Shown here: in pieces, positions 19,435 to 27,006 of the stretch | How positions within the stretch are numbered: position 1 is the stretch's first letter | Layout of the letters: each line of letters opens with the position of its first letter | Source of the DNA: a virus | Taxonomy: Duplodnaviria; Caudoviricetes | Reading direction: 5' to 3' (one strand) | Length of the DNA stretch: 35,528 nucleotides | Virus record (IMG/VR): IMGVR_UViG_3300025389_000055 | Span: 1 to 35,528 of that record | The notes under the pieces: model-generated | What the model saw: the letters and a program-made list of their open reading frames with translations, nothing else | What the model was told of the DNA's origin: nothing | Database searches by the model: none | Made by a program: the position numbers and the translations under genes

Positions 19435-20339
19435 TTGACTAAGAACCTCCGTGAACCTGGTTGCTCGAAACAAAACTTCTCATACATCTCTGGCATGGCT
19501 TGTTGGAATACTTTGGGATCGAAACGCTTAGAACCTTTGCTTGCCTTCCAAGTAGCTAAGATGTTGCCGTCCACCGTGACTAGCTCACCAGATGATCTCA
19601 TCCGATTCTGTAGGGCCACTGTCATCGCTTCCTCTGCTTCCTCTAGCTCTTTGATACGCTGCTTAGTCAGCTTTAATTGTGCTGCTATCTGCTCTGCTTC
19701 CCTGTCTGCCCAAGCCACACCGTTAGTCTGCTGTGCATAGACTAGCTTGCACTCTTGAACTGTCTGAGGATCAGGGGTTGTTCCTGCGACTACATGCCCC
19801 CAAAACACAGCCATTTGCTTAGTCAATTCCTCTTTCATTTCATCTGTGACAGTCATCTCATAATGTCTGAAGTATTGACCACCAAAGAGTACGCAGAGAT
19901 GTGCTTCAGATGCGTTTAGGCAGATTGCTTCCTGTATCAATTGCCCTCTGTCTGCATCAGGTAGGATCAAGGGGTCATCAGAGAACTTGTTCATCCGGTT
20001 CAAGTTATAGTTCTTGATCTCATAAGGGATATACCCGCCCTTGATCTCTTTCACATAGTCAAAGTGGGATTGCATCCAAGGTTCGGTAGGATGGGTTCCA
20101 GTCCAGTCAGCCTTAGCTAAGGGGTAGCCCAACTTGTCCTCTGCAATACGGGCAATAAATGGCTCCATCATGTGACCAGCCTGTACGACTTCTACTTGAG
20201 ATAAGTCCTCTCTTTCAGCTTTACCCTGCTTTTGTAAGATGACTGTGACGGCTTTGCCATCTAGTGCCATGCGTGTATCACTTGAGAACCAAGCCTTGTT
20301 TCTGACTTCATCTGCGAAGTCTGCTCTATCGTTAGCCAT
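19431..20339 (-). CDS. YqaJ/lambda-exonuclease family nuclease, 302 aa
   Basis: GHMMEP, SHFD, EIKN, Q motifs, C-terminal SRRFLVK; GGAG RBS and TAATG coupling at 20339. Confidence 0.85.
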   Translation of the reverse strand: MANDRADFADEVRNKAWFSSDTRMALDGKAVTVILQKQGKAEREDLSQVEVVQAGHMMEPFIARIAEDKLGYPLAKADWTGTHPTEPWMQSHFDYVKEIKGGYIPYEIKNYNLNRMNKFSDDPLILPDADRGQLIQEAICLNASEAHLCVLFGGQYFRHYEMTVTDEMKEELTKQMAVFWGHVVAGTTPDPQTVQECKLVYAQQTNGVAWADREAEQIAAQLKLTKQRIKELEEAEEAMTVALQNRMRSSGELVTVDGNILATWKASKGSKRFDPKVFQQAMPEMYEKFCFEQPGSRRFLVK

Positions 20340-20476
20340 TAGATGTGCTCCATTAAGAATGAGATTACTTTCCACAAGGTATCGTTACTCTTGGTTAAGA
20401 ATTCGATTTGGTCTTGTGCTTGTTGGAATTGTTCGTTTAACTGTTTCCAGTCTTTCATAGTGGGTTGATCAGCCAT
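20339..20476 (-). CDS. Small coiled-coil protein, 45 aa (not in ORF track)
   Basis: MADQPTMKDWKQLNEQFQQAQDQIEFL...; TAATG overlaps at both ends. Confidence 0.75.
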   Translation of the reverse strand: MADQPTMKDWKQLNEQFQQAQDQIEFLTKSNDTLWKVISFLMEHI

Positions 20477-20733
20477 TAGAAGGGTGCTCCTTTGGTTTTA
20501 AGGTGTTCCCCATCTTGATCATCTAGCTCCTGATGTCTAGGGTCTTGTGCAGGTTCAAAATAGACTGAGTGAGGGTAGCAAGGGCCATGCTTACGGACGA
20601 TCTCACAGAACTTGTAGTCACGTTCACCGGTTACAAAGTTGATCTCGAACTCATGTCCGCAGCGCGAGAGGGAATGATTGTTAGCAGGATGGGGTATGAA
20701 ATGTATGCAATCTACACAGGCGTGTATGGTCAT
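20476..20733 (-). CDS. Cys-rich hypothetical protein, 85 aa
   Basis: CxxC plus three further Cys; GGAG RBS before ATG 20733; first gene after the promoter. Confidence 0.7.
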   Translation of the reverse strand: MTIHACVDCIHFIPHPANNHSLSRCGHEFEINFVTGERDYKFCEIVRKHGPCYPHSVYFEPAQDPRHQELDDQDGEHLKTKGAPF

Positions 20734-20778
20734 AGTGTGCTCCATTAGGTTGATTAGGAAAGGGTACTACAGTTAAGA

Positions 20779-20807
20779 ATGTTAATTAGGTTAATGATGT
20801 TAGTCAA
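20779..20807 (-). promoter_or_regulatory. Sigma70-type promoter for the recombination operon
   Basis: TTGACT-17 nt-TAACAT. Confidence 0.65.
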
Positions 20808-20812
20808 GGGGT

Positions 20813-20841
20813 TTGCAAAATATATTTAGGTGTGTTATGGT
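20813..20841 (+). promoter_or_regulatory. Sigma70-type promoter for the non-coding transcript
   Basis: TTGCAA-17 nt-TATGGT with extended TG; back-to-back with the leftward promoter. Confidence 0.65.
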
Positions 20842-20883
20842 GCGCCTGTCTGATTTGGCGGTCAGGCATTGTAGGTGCGGATT

Positions 20884-20994
20884 AGAACCCTTAGATTTTA
20901 AGATAGGGGCGTGTGTGATTAACGCACTGCCCGCACCCAGTGCCGAGATTGCCCACGCCAGGGCCACGCTCCTACCTTAAGACCTAGGGGTTTT
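20884..20994 (+). ncRNA. C4-like antisense RNA
   Basis: About 28-bp closing stem enclosing two hairpins whose loops (CCGCACC, CGCCA) complement flanking GGTGCGG and TGGCG sites, as in the P1 c4/P4 CI architecture. Confidence 0.7.
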
Positions 20995-21029
20995 TCTTTT
21001 GGCGGTCAGATCGTACTGATCGCGTAAGC

Positions 21030-21210
21030 AATGAGCCAAGATGGGGCTGCTATCAAGAAAACCATACACAGTGAAATCTGTGCGCTGGCTTAGAACTCAC
21101 GGCGGGGGGTTTAGGAAAATGACCAAGCCTAAACATGGTGAGTATCTCGAAAGGGGCAGGAGTTTCCCCCTCTACTTCCCTTGATTGCTTTGGGGGGTAG
21201 GGGGGGCTTT
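21030..21210 (+). ncRNA. Structured non-coding segment ending in a 15-bp G/C stem
   Basis: Five helices seen by eye; G-U pairs favour the plus strand; no convincing ORF. Confidence 0.5.
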
Positions 21211-21236
21211 AGCAGGAGTTAGGTCAGATATATAAT

Positions 21237-22046
21237 TTATAGGGGCTTTAGGACTGTCCAAGCTGTTGCTGCACACAAGGGTACTTGTCCATTTCCAATT
21301 GCTTTAAGTCTGTCCACCCTAGCGGCCACCCCATGAGCCACTCTACCCACGTTGGGTTCAACGTACCACCAGTCAGGTCTTTCCGCACATCTGGGTGATT
21401 GCCTAACATCTTCTGCATTTTGCCTGTTGGTTTGCCGCACGCATCCTCGTTCGCTGTTGGTGTTGGCCATTGTTCCAATCTTTTCTTCAATGCTTTCCTG
21501 CTGTTGCTCCCGCCGTCTATCCCCGTTGTGTTGGGTGTATGAAAGAAGGTTTCGTTGTTGGGCTTTAATCCAAATTCTATCTCGTTTGTGGTTGGCTCCC
21601 ACGTCTGACGCTGATATAACTCCCCATTCCGCATTGAACCCCATCTTGGAAAGGTCTGCAAGGACTGTACCGAGTCCTCTAGAAGTGAGCATTGGACTGT
21701 TTTCCACGAACACGAAACGGGGTCGAACCTCGCCAATAATCCTGGCCATTTCTTTCCACATTCCTGAGCGTTCTCCGGTAATTCCTGCGCCTTTTCCTGC
21801 TGCGCTAATGTCCTGACATGGAAAGCCACCACTGATGACGTCAACAAGTCCTCGCCAGAGATGTCCGTCAAAGGTGCGAACGTCATCCCAAATCGGGAAA
21901 GGCGGGAGTAAGCCTTCATTTTGTCTGGAGACAAGTATGCTTGCGGGATAAGGTTCCCACTCGACTGCACAGATTGTTGTCCAGCCGAGTAGTTTCCCGC
22001 CAAGTATTCCTCCACCAGCACCCGCGAAAAGAGCCAGCTCATTCAT
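21237..22046 (-). CDS. C5 cytosine DNA methyltransferase, alpha subunit, 269 aa
   Basis: Motifs I FAGAGG, IV GFPCQD, VI ENS, VIII HKRDRI, X IGNGQ; motif IX absent; TAATG coupling at 22046. Confidence 0.9.
   Translation of the reverse strand: MNELALFAGAGGGILGGKLLGWTTICAVEWEPYPASILVSRQNEGLLPPFPIWDDVRTFDGHLWRGLVDVISGGFPCQDISAAGKGAGITGERSGMWKEMARIIGEVRPRFVFVENSPMLTSRGLGTVLADLSKMGFNAEWGVISASDVGANHKRDRIWIKAQQRNLLSYTQHNGDRRREQQQESIEEKIGTMANTNSERGCVRQTNRQNAEDVRQSPRCAERPDWWYVEPNVGRVAHGVAARVDRLKAIGNGQVPLCAATAWTVLKPL
21248..22042 (-). CDS. Overlapping-frame methyltransferase beta subunit, 264 aa
   Basis: Carries motif IX-like LNPTWVEWLMGWPLGWT and WPTPTA; open for 264 codons inside alpha. Confidence 0.75.
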   Translation of the reverse strand: MSWLFSRVLVEEYLAGNYSAGQQSVQSSGNLIPQAYLSPDKMKAYSRLSRFGMTFAPLTDISGEDLLTSSVVAFHVRTLAQQEKAQELPENAQECGKKWPGLLARFDPVSCSWKTVQCSLLEDSVQSLQTFPRWGSMRNGELYQRQTWEPTTNEIEFGLKPNNETFFHTPNTTGIDGGSNSRKALKKRLEQWPTPTANEDACGKPTGKMQKMLGNHPDVRKDLTGGTLNPTWVEWLMGWPLGWTDLKQLEMDKYPCVQQQLGQS

Positions 22047-22180
22047 TACACCGACAACAACAACAATATAAAACCCATCATTACCAAACAAAATACAAAC
22101 AATAAACCTTGGCCTATCATGCTTAAGATACTAGGTTGAGTAATGCCTAATCTTTCTTCTCTTGTGAATATATCTCTCAT
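22046..22180 (-). CDS. Small membrane protein, 44 aa (not in ORF track)
   Basis: GAGGAGG RBS, ATGA and TAATG overlaps; C-terminal TM helix GLLFVFCLVMMGFILLLLSV. Confidence 0.75.
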   Translation of the reverse strand: MRDIFTREERLGITQPSILSMIGQGLLFVFCLVMMGFILLLLSV

Positions 22181-22368
22181 ACAAAATCCTCCTCTAGTTC
22201 GTTGATTGGGTAGGCATCGCCAACCGTGAGCTCGGCCGCGTATTGCACGTCCTTGAAATCTTCCAGGGTAAGTGTATTGGCTGCTTCATCCCTGGCATCT
22301 GCCGCAGTATATGCATTTACATATATTGTCCTGGTAATGCTCATGTGTACCTCTACCGCGTAACGCAT
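22177..22368 (-). CDS. Small acidic early protein, 63 aa
   Basis: GGGGGTG RBS; V.A.....A pattern typical of phage early genes. Confidence 0.7.
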   Translation of the reverse strand: MRYAVEVHMSITRTIYVNAYTAADARDEAANTLTLEDFKDVQYAAELTVGDAYPINELEEDFV

Positions 22369-22556
22369 AATTCACCCCCCAGTACTTGATTAATCATATT
22401 GTCTGTTATCGCGCAATATTCCACCCACTCCGTGGAAGTCATCGCATGGTATCCAGGCGTAGGCGTAGCGAGTTGCGACCCATTAGCCTGGCGAGAATGA
22501 ACAACCACTCGGCCAGTTGATAACAAAATATCTGGTGTAACGTCATATAAGGCCAT
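22353..22556 (-). CDS. Hypothetical early protein, 67 aa
   Basis: AAGGAG RBS; overlaps next gene. Confidence 0.65.
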   Translation of the reverse strand: MALYDVTPDILLSTGRVVVHSRQANGSQLATPTPGYHAMTSTEWVEYCAITDNMINQVLGGELCVTR

Positions 22557-22568
22557 AATAATTACTCC

Positions 22569-22790
22569 TTAATGAAATAGGTTCATCAAAACAAGTTGTT
22601 CTGCACCATACACTTTAGGCGCGTGGCAGGACTCGCAAGTGTACTTGCATGCGTCTGGCTCTACGCCATCATTCTCTACGCCACATGCCAGGCAAAAGCC
22701 TGTGGCATTGTCAGACTCAATAATTCTCTCAAGTTGTTTAAACGATGGTTTATATTGAATATTGCCGTTCCGGGCTTTATATGTTTGCAT
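22569..22790 (-). CDS. Small zinc-finger protein, 73 aa
   Basis: GFCLACG...VEPDA...CESC...VYG; GAGGT RBS before ATG 22790. Confidence 0.8.
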   Translation of the reverse strand: MQTYKARNGNIQYKPSFKQLERIIESDNATGFCLACGVENDGVEPDACKYTCESCHAPKVYGAEQLVLMNLFH

Positions 22791-22851
22791 GGTAATTAAC
22801 CTCATAGACTAGGAAAAATGCCGGTAAACCGCACCGGCCGCGGTAAAACAA

Positions 22852-23472
22852 TTAGTGTTGGTGGTAAGTAACGCACTTGATGTCACGGTTCCAGCAAGCC
22901 CGGCAAGTACTGCACCGATTGCCACGAAGATATGCTCGGCACTCTTTGCCGTATACAGTGCCGTTAGCCGTTACCATCGATATATTGTCAAAGCCTACAG
23001 GCATCTCACCATCGATCATCTGTCCAGAGACTCTAACAGTAAGATTATCGGGAAAAGAACCTAAGCTTTGATACTTGCGAACAAGAGCATTCTCCCTGAT
23101 AGGCAACCAAAATAGTACTTTAGGCAATGCTCTGGCTATTTTGCAAATTGCAACCAGGTGATCGAAGCTTTGCAGATCGCCGCTATCATGCCAGCGAAAA
23201 TACTTAGTCCTGGAATGCTTAATCTGAACGATCATGGCATCGATCCATTCAGGCGTTGCCAGGTTCGCTGATCTGGTAGCGTGGGCTTTTTGTACGCTAG
23301 GATATTGATAGTTCGCTTTTAATGCATAGCAACCATGGCAAACAGAACCAGGTATCTTTGCAAGCTTGCTGCCTACGTTGCAATCATGGGCTGAAATACC
23401 GTACGCCAGGTCTGGCATTTTAGATGGATTGCCTAGTGTGCCGGCAATGGCACGGGCTTGAGACAAATTCAT
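22852..23472 (-). CDS. Gp88-like (radical SAM-related) protein, 206 aa
   Basis: C-x13-CxxCYA, FRWHDSGD, C-terminal C-x8-CxxCxxCW. Confidence 0.75.
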   Translation of the reverse strand: MNLSQARAIAGTLGNPSKMPDLAYGISAHDCNVGSKLAKIPGSVCHGCYALKANYQYPSVQKAHATRSANLATPEWIDAMIVQIKHSRTKYFRWHDSGDLQSFDHLVAICKIARALPKVLFWLPIRENALVRKYQSLGSFPDNLTVRVSGQMIDGEMPVGFDNISMVTANGTVYGKECRAYLRGNRCSTCRACWNRDIKCVTYHQH

Positions 23473-23543
23473 AATGTGAGCTCCCTGTTAGTCAACTCTA
23501 GGATAAGTTGATGCCGGATGCCGTCCGGCTGCGGTTTCGCTGA

Positions 23544-23654
23544 TTAGTGATGACCCATCATCGCAACGATGATGATTAGCGGAGAGGTAAACCCAACTGC
23601 GATACACACAACGTCAAAAGCTGTTTTGATGTGAAACAAAGTTTGCTTATTCAT
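23544..23654 (-). CDS. First early gene: 36-aa membrane peptide (not in ORF track)
   Basis: AGGAG RBS; MNKQTLFHIKTAFDVVCIAVGFTSPLIIIVAMMGHH. Confidence 0.7.
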   Translation of the reverse strand: MNKQTLFHIKTAFDVVCIAVGFTSPLIIIVAMMGHH

Positions 23655-23701
23655 GATAGTGCTCCTGGTAGTAGACCGCTAGGATTGCAGTCAGTGAAGA
23701 T

Positions 23702-23730
23702 AGAATACATAGTTTACTAAGTTAACGCAA
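23702..23730 (-). promoter_or_regulatory. Sigma70-type early promoter
   Basis: TTGCGT-17 nt-TATTCT with AT-rich upstream tract. Confidence 0.65.
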
Positions 23731-24015
23731 TACTTTTATTCTATAAATCTAAAATATTTTATATATATATATAATCTAGATTACTGGTTATATAACTTTT
23801 AAATAGTAGATTAGGATTAGGGGTTCTCAGATGGGCAATAAGACTGAAAGAATACCTACTCCCTCCTTTCCCTCGATCGTTGATTCTAGGCCTGTTCTCG
23901 GGCGTTTGGGCAGGGTTCTGACTGCGTAGATGCGTAGACCTACTACGATGACCGAGTGAATGGGGTAGGCCCCCCTAGTGAGCGTGACCCCCAACAGGCT
24001 ATCCCCCATAAAATT

Positions 24016-24043
24016 TTTACTATTTTCCTGTACGTGTTACATT
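24016..24043 (+). promoter_or_regulatory. Possible promoter for the rightward arm
   Basis: Extended -10 TGtTACATT, weak -35 TTTACT. Confidence 0.45.
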
Positions 24044-24067
24044 GCGTACTATGTTGAAGGAGGGAAT

Positions 24068-24268
24068 ATGCAGATAGAGAAGGACATACCAATACCTAGG
24101 GTAAATAGTTACCCGTATGCTGAGTTAGAGGTAGGTGATAGTTTCTTGGTAGAGGGCAAGAGTATTCATAATGTTTGTAATATGAATACGAGGGCTGGTA
24201 AGAGGTTGGGGTATACACTGGTAGCCCGTAAGGTTGAGGGTGGTATCAGGGTATGGAGGACGGCCTAA
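24068..24268 (+). CDS. Small putative DNA-binding protein, 66 aa
   Basis: AAGGAGG RBS; IEKDIPIP...YP...LEVGDSF...GIRVWR pattern. Confidence 0.8.
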   Translation: MQIEKDIPIPRVNSYPYAELEVGDSFLVEGKSIHNVCNMNTRAGKRLGYTLVARKVEGGIRVWRTA

Positions 24269-24468
24269 AAGAGTCTAGGCGCAGATATGCGATAGAGATG
24301 AATAGGGCAATACGTTGTAGGACTAGGGTGCAGAAGTTGCAGCTAGTACAGGATTGGCAAGCCAAGTATGACCCGATCATGGTGAAGGAATTGATTGGTT
24401 GTGCCAAGGATAAAACGGTAATGGCTGTCATATCGAATTGGGATGTAGACAACTGGGGTAAGAAATGA
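24253..24468 (+). CDS. Hypothetical protein upstream of terminase, 71 aa
   Basis: Overlaps both neighbours; ATGA coupling to terL. Confidence 0.6.
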   Translation: MEDGLKESRRRYAIEMNRAIRCRTRVQKLQLVQDWQAKYDPIMVKELIGCAKDKTVMAVISNWDVDNWGKK

Positions 24469-26225
24469 AGTTCAATTTGCAACAGTTCTACAACTTCTGT
24501 TCACAGCTAAAGATTGAGACTAAGGAAAAGGGTCTCAGGAAGATGGATAGGTTGTTGGGTACGCAGACCTATGTCATGGATGAGATTGCTAGCGGCTTAG
24601 AACAAGACATTCATTTCTTTGTCATTCTCAAAGGTAGACAGTTAGGTATTACAACTATCTCCCTAGCGTTAGACCTGTACTGGCACTTTACTCACAATGG
24701 TTTGGGTGGCACGTTGGTGACAGACAGTGAGGAAAACCGGGATATGTTTAGGGGTACGCTGGGTGCGTACATGGATGGCTTGCCTAAAGAGTTTAAGATT
24801 CCCCAGCTTGCTCATAACAGAAACAGCTTATCTCTCAAGAACCGTAGTCGTATCTTTTACCAGGTTGCAGGAACCCGTGCTAAAGGCTCTCTAGGGCGTG
24901 GTAAGGGCATTACTTTCTTGCATGGTACTGAGACAAGTTCTTGGGGTGATGAAGAAGGCCTAGCCTCTTTGCTGGCCTCTCTCGCAGAGACTAATCCTGA
25001 TCGGTTGTATATCTTTGAATCTACTGCTCGTGGCTTCAATATGTTTCATGACATGTACACTACTGCTAAACGAGCTAGAACGCAGAAAGCCATTTTCTGT
25101 GGTTGGTGGAGGAATGAGTTCTACTCCGCATCTCCTGACAGCGATGTGTACCGCGTCTATTGGGATGGCAAACTCAATCCCGAGGAAAAGGAATGGACGA
25201 AAGAGATCAAGAAGCTATACGACTTTGAGATCACTTCCCGTCAAATGGCTTGGTGGCGTTGGAAGTTAGCCGAAGGCATGAAAGATGATGCTCTGATGTA
25301 TCAAGAGTTTCCTCCTACAGAAGACTATGCCTTTGTGATGACTGGTCTTTCTTTCTTCTCAAATGCTAGATGTACGGACGCAATGAAGATTGCCAAGAAG
25401 ATTAGCTATGACAGCTATCGTTATGTGATGGGGAGTTACTTTCATGATACCCAAGTGGTTAAGAGTACGGAGCGTTTGGCTACGCTTAAGGTTTGGGAGG
25501 AACCCGTTGAACAGGGTTATTACGTCATTGGTGCTGATCCTGCTTATGGTAGTAGTGATTGGGCAGACCGCTTCTGCATACAAGTCTTCCGATGCTACGC
25601 CGATGGGATGGAACAGGTCGCGGAGTTTGCTTCCTCAGAAATGAACACCTATCAGTTTGCTTGGGTGATCGCGCACCTTGCCGGTGCTTACAAGAACTCG
25701 ACTCTGAACCTTGAGGTTAATGGCCCAGGTCAGGCTGTCATCAATGAACTGCGTAATCTTAAGCGTCAGGCCTCCAGCATTGGAGGGGTAGTAGGTCAGA
25801 ACTTGATGGACGTGTATTCCTCTATGCAACAGTTTATCTGGCGCAGGAATGATTCCTTGGGCGGCATGAGTAACAGTATTGGTTGGCTGACCACACAGCA
25901 GTCTAAAGAACGGATGCTGTCTTACATGAAGGATTACTTTGAACGCGGGATGATGAACATCTATTCCGAAGATACGATTGATGAAATGAAAACTATTGTC
26001 AGAGACATGGGCAGTATTGAAGCCTCTGGCCGCAACAAGGATGACCGTGTGATTGCCTGTGGCCTAGCAGCGGCCGCGTATGCGGAACAAGTAGGCCCTA
26101 GATTGATTACCGCTAAGATCACTAAAGACTTAAACAAGAAGCAAGAGGACATGACACCCGGCGAGATGGCCGCTAGTCGTGGCGTATCAACATATCTAAA
26201 GAGGATAGGCTTTGGATCACAATGA
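24465..26225 (+). CDS. terL: Terminase large subunit, 586 aa
   Basis: Walker A-like ILKGRQLGITT, Walker B-like LHGTE, ESTA, QEFP, nuclease motifs GADPA and DDRV. Confidence 0.93.
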   Translation: MKFNLQQFYNFCSQLKIETKEKGLRKMDRLLGTQTYVMDEIASGLEQDIHFFVILKGRQLGITTISLALDLYWHFTHNGLGGTLVTDSEENRDMFRGTLGAYMDGLPKEFKIPQLAHNRNSLSLKNRSRIFYQVAGTRAKGSLGRGKGITFLHGTETSSWGDEEGLASLLASLAETNPDRLYIFESTARGFNMFHDMYTTAKRARTQKAIFCGWWRNEFYSASPDSDVYRVYWDGKLNPEEKEWTKEIKKLYDFEITSRQMAWWRWKLAEGMKDDALMYQEFPPTEDYAFVMTGLSFFSNARCTDAMKIAKKISYDSYRYVMGSYFHDTQVVKSTERLATLKVWEEPVEQGYYVIGADPAYGSSDWADRFCIQVFRCYADGMEQVAEFASSEMNTYQFAWVIAHLAGAYKNSTLNLEVNGPGQAVINELRNLKRQASSIGGVVGQNLMDVYSSMQQFIWRRNDSLGGMSNSIGWLTTQQSKERMLSYMKDYFERGMMNIYSEDTIDEMKTIVRDMGSIEASGRNKDDRVIACGLAAAAYAEQVGPRLITAKITKDLNKKQEDMTPGEMAASRGVSTYLKRIGFGSQ

Positions 26226-27006
26226 CTTAACCATCGTATCTGTATACGGTCACAATACTGGTGCTACGGCTATACCTAGCATCTTAAAGTCAATGCAGGA
26301 ACTACCTGGTAGCCGAGGCTTGCTCTTAAGCTATAACAAGCCGGCAAACTTGCCTAGTGACATTGAGTGGAAAAGGATTGAGCACACAAACTACATGGAG
26401 TACAGCCCCTTTATGATGCACTGCTTACAGTCATTCATTAAGACTGAATATTGCTTGGTGGTGCAGGATGATGGATGGGTTCTTAATGGCAACAACTTCA
26501 AATCAAATTATTACGACTATGACTATATCGGTGCTCCTTCCCATTGTGGCCTTGTGGGTAATCAGTTTCTTTTACAATTCGGATGGGTGATGCACCCTGA
26601 TCGCAGGGTAGTACAGAACGGTGGCTTTAGCCTACGCAGTAAACGTCTACTCAACATCTTGAATGAAAAAGGACTTATCCACAGGTATGCCACAGAGATA
26701 CATAGCTGGAATGAGGATGCACAATACACGGCTATATTGAAACCTACCCTTGAAGACTGGGGTATCAAGTACGCACCTGAGAACGTAGCCAAGAACTTTA
26801 GTATTGAGTACGTAGGCCCAATCTATCATGACAACTTTGATTACACAGTCTTGGTTGGGCATCATGCACAGACCCGACAGCTTGTCGGTGATATGCACAT
26901 TAAGATGAAAGTGTCAGATGAAGAAGTAGACCGTATGTATGGTGAGAGACAATTCCTAAACTATTTACAATCAATAGGTTACACAATTGAACCCCGTCAT
27001 TCCTAA
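26212..27006 (+). CDS. DUF5672-like putative glycosyltransferase, 264 aa
   Basis: LVVQDDG, YDYIGAP, NGGFSLRS, NED motifs. Confidence 0.75.
   Translation: MDHNDLTIVSVYGHNTGATAIPSILKSMQELPGSRGLLLSYNKPANLPSDIEWKRIEHTNYMEYSPFMMHCLQSFIKTEYCLVVQDDGWVLNGNNFKSNYYDYDYIGAPSHCGLVGNQFLLQFGWVMHPDRRVVQNGGFSLRSKRLLNILNEKGLIHRYATEIHSWNEDAQYTAILKPTLEDWGIKYAPENVAKNFSIEYVGPIYHDNFDYTVLVGHHAQTRQLVGDMHIKMKVSDEEVDRMYGERQFLNYLQSIGYTIEPRHS

Noticed and set aside
21031-21184. Two short plus-strand ORFs (20 and 21 aa) after the C4-like RNA
   Set aside because: Poor or mis-spaced RBS, no ash/icd-like motif; the sequence is better explained by RNA pairing, though not excluded
21352-21816. 154-aa plus-strand ORF antisense to the dual-coded MTase
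   Set aside because: No RBS or recognisable motif; stop depletion is expected opposite a doubly constrained region
22047-22091. Track's N-terminal extension of the MTase
   Set aside because: Overlaps the 44-aa membrane gene; ATG 22046 is coupled to its stop and sits just before motif I
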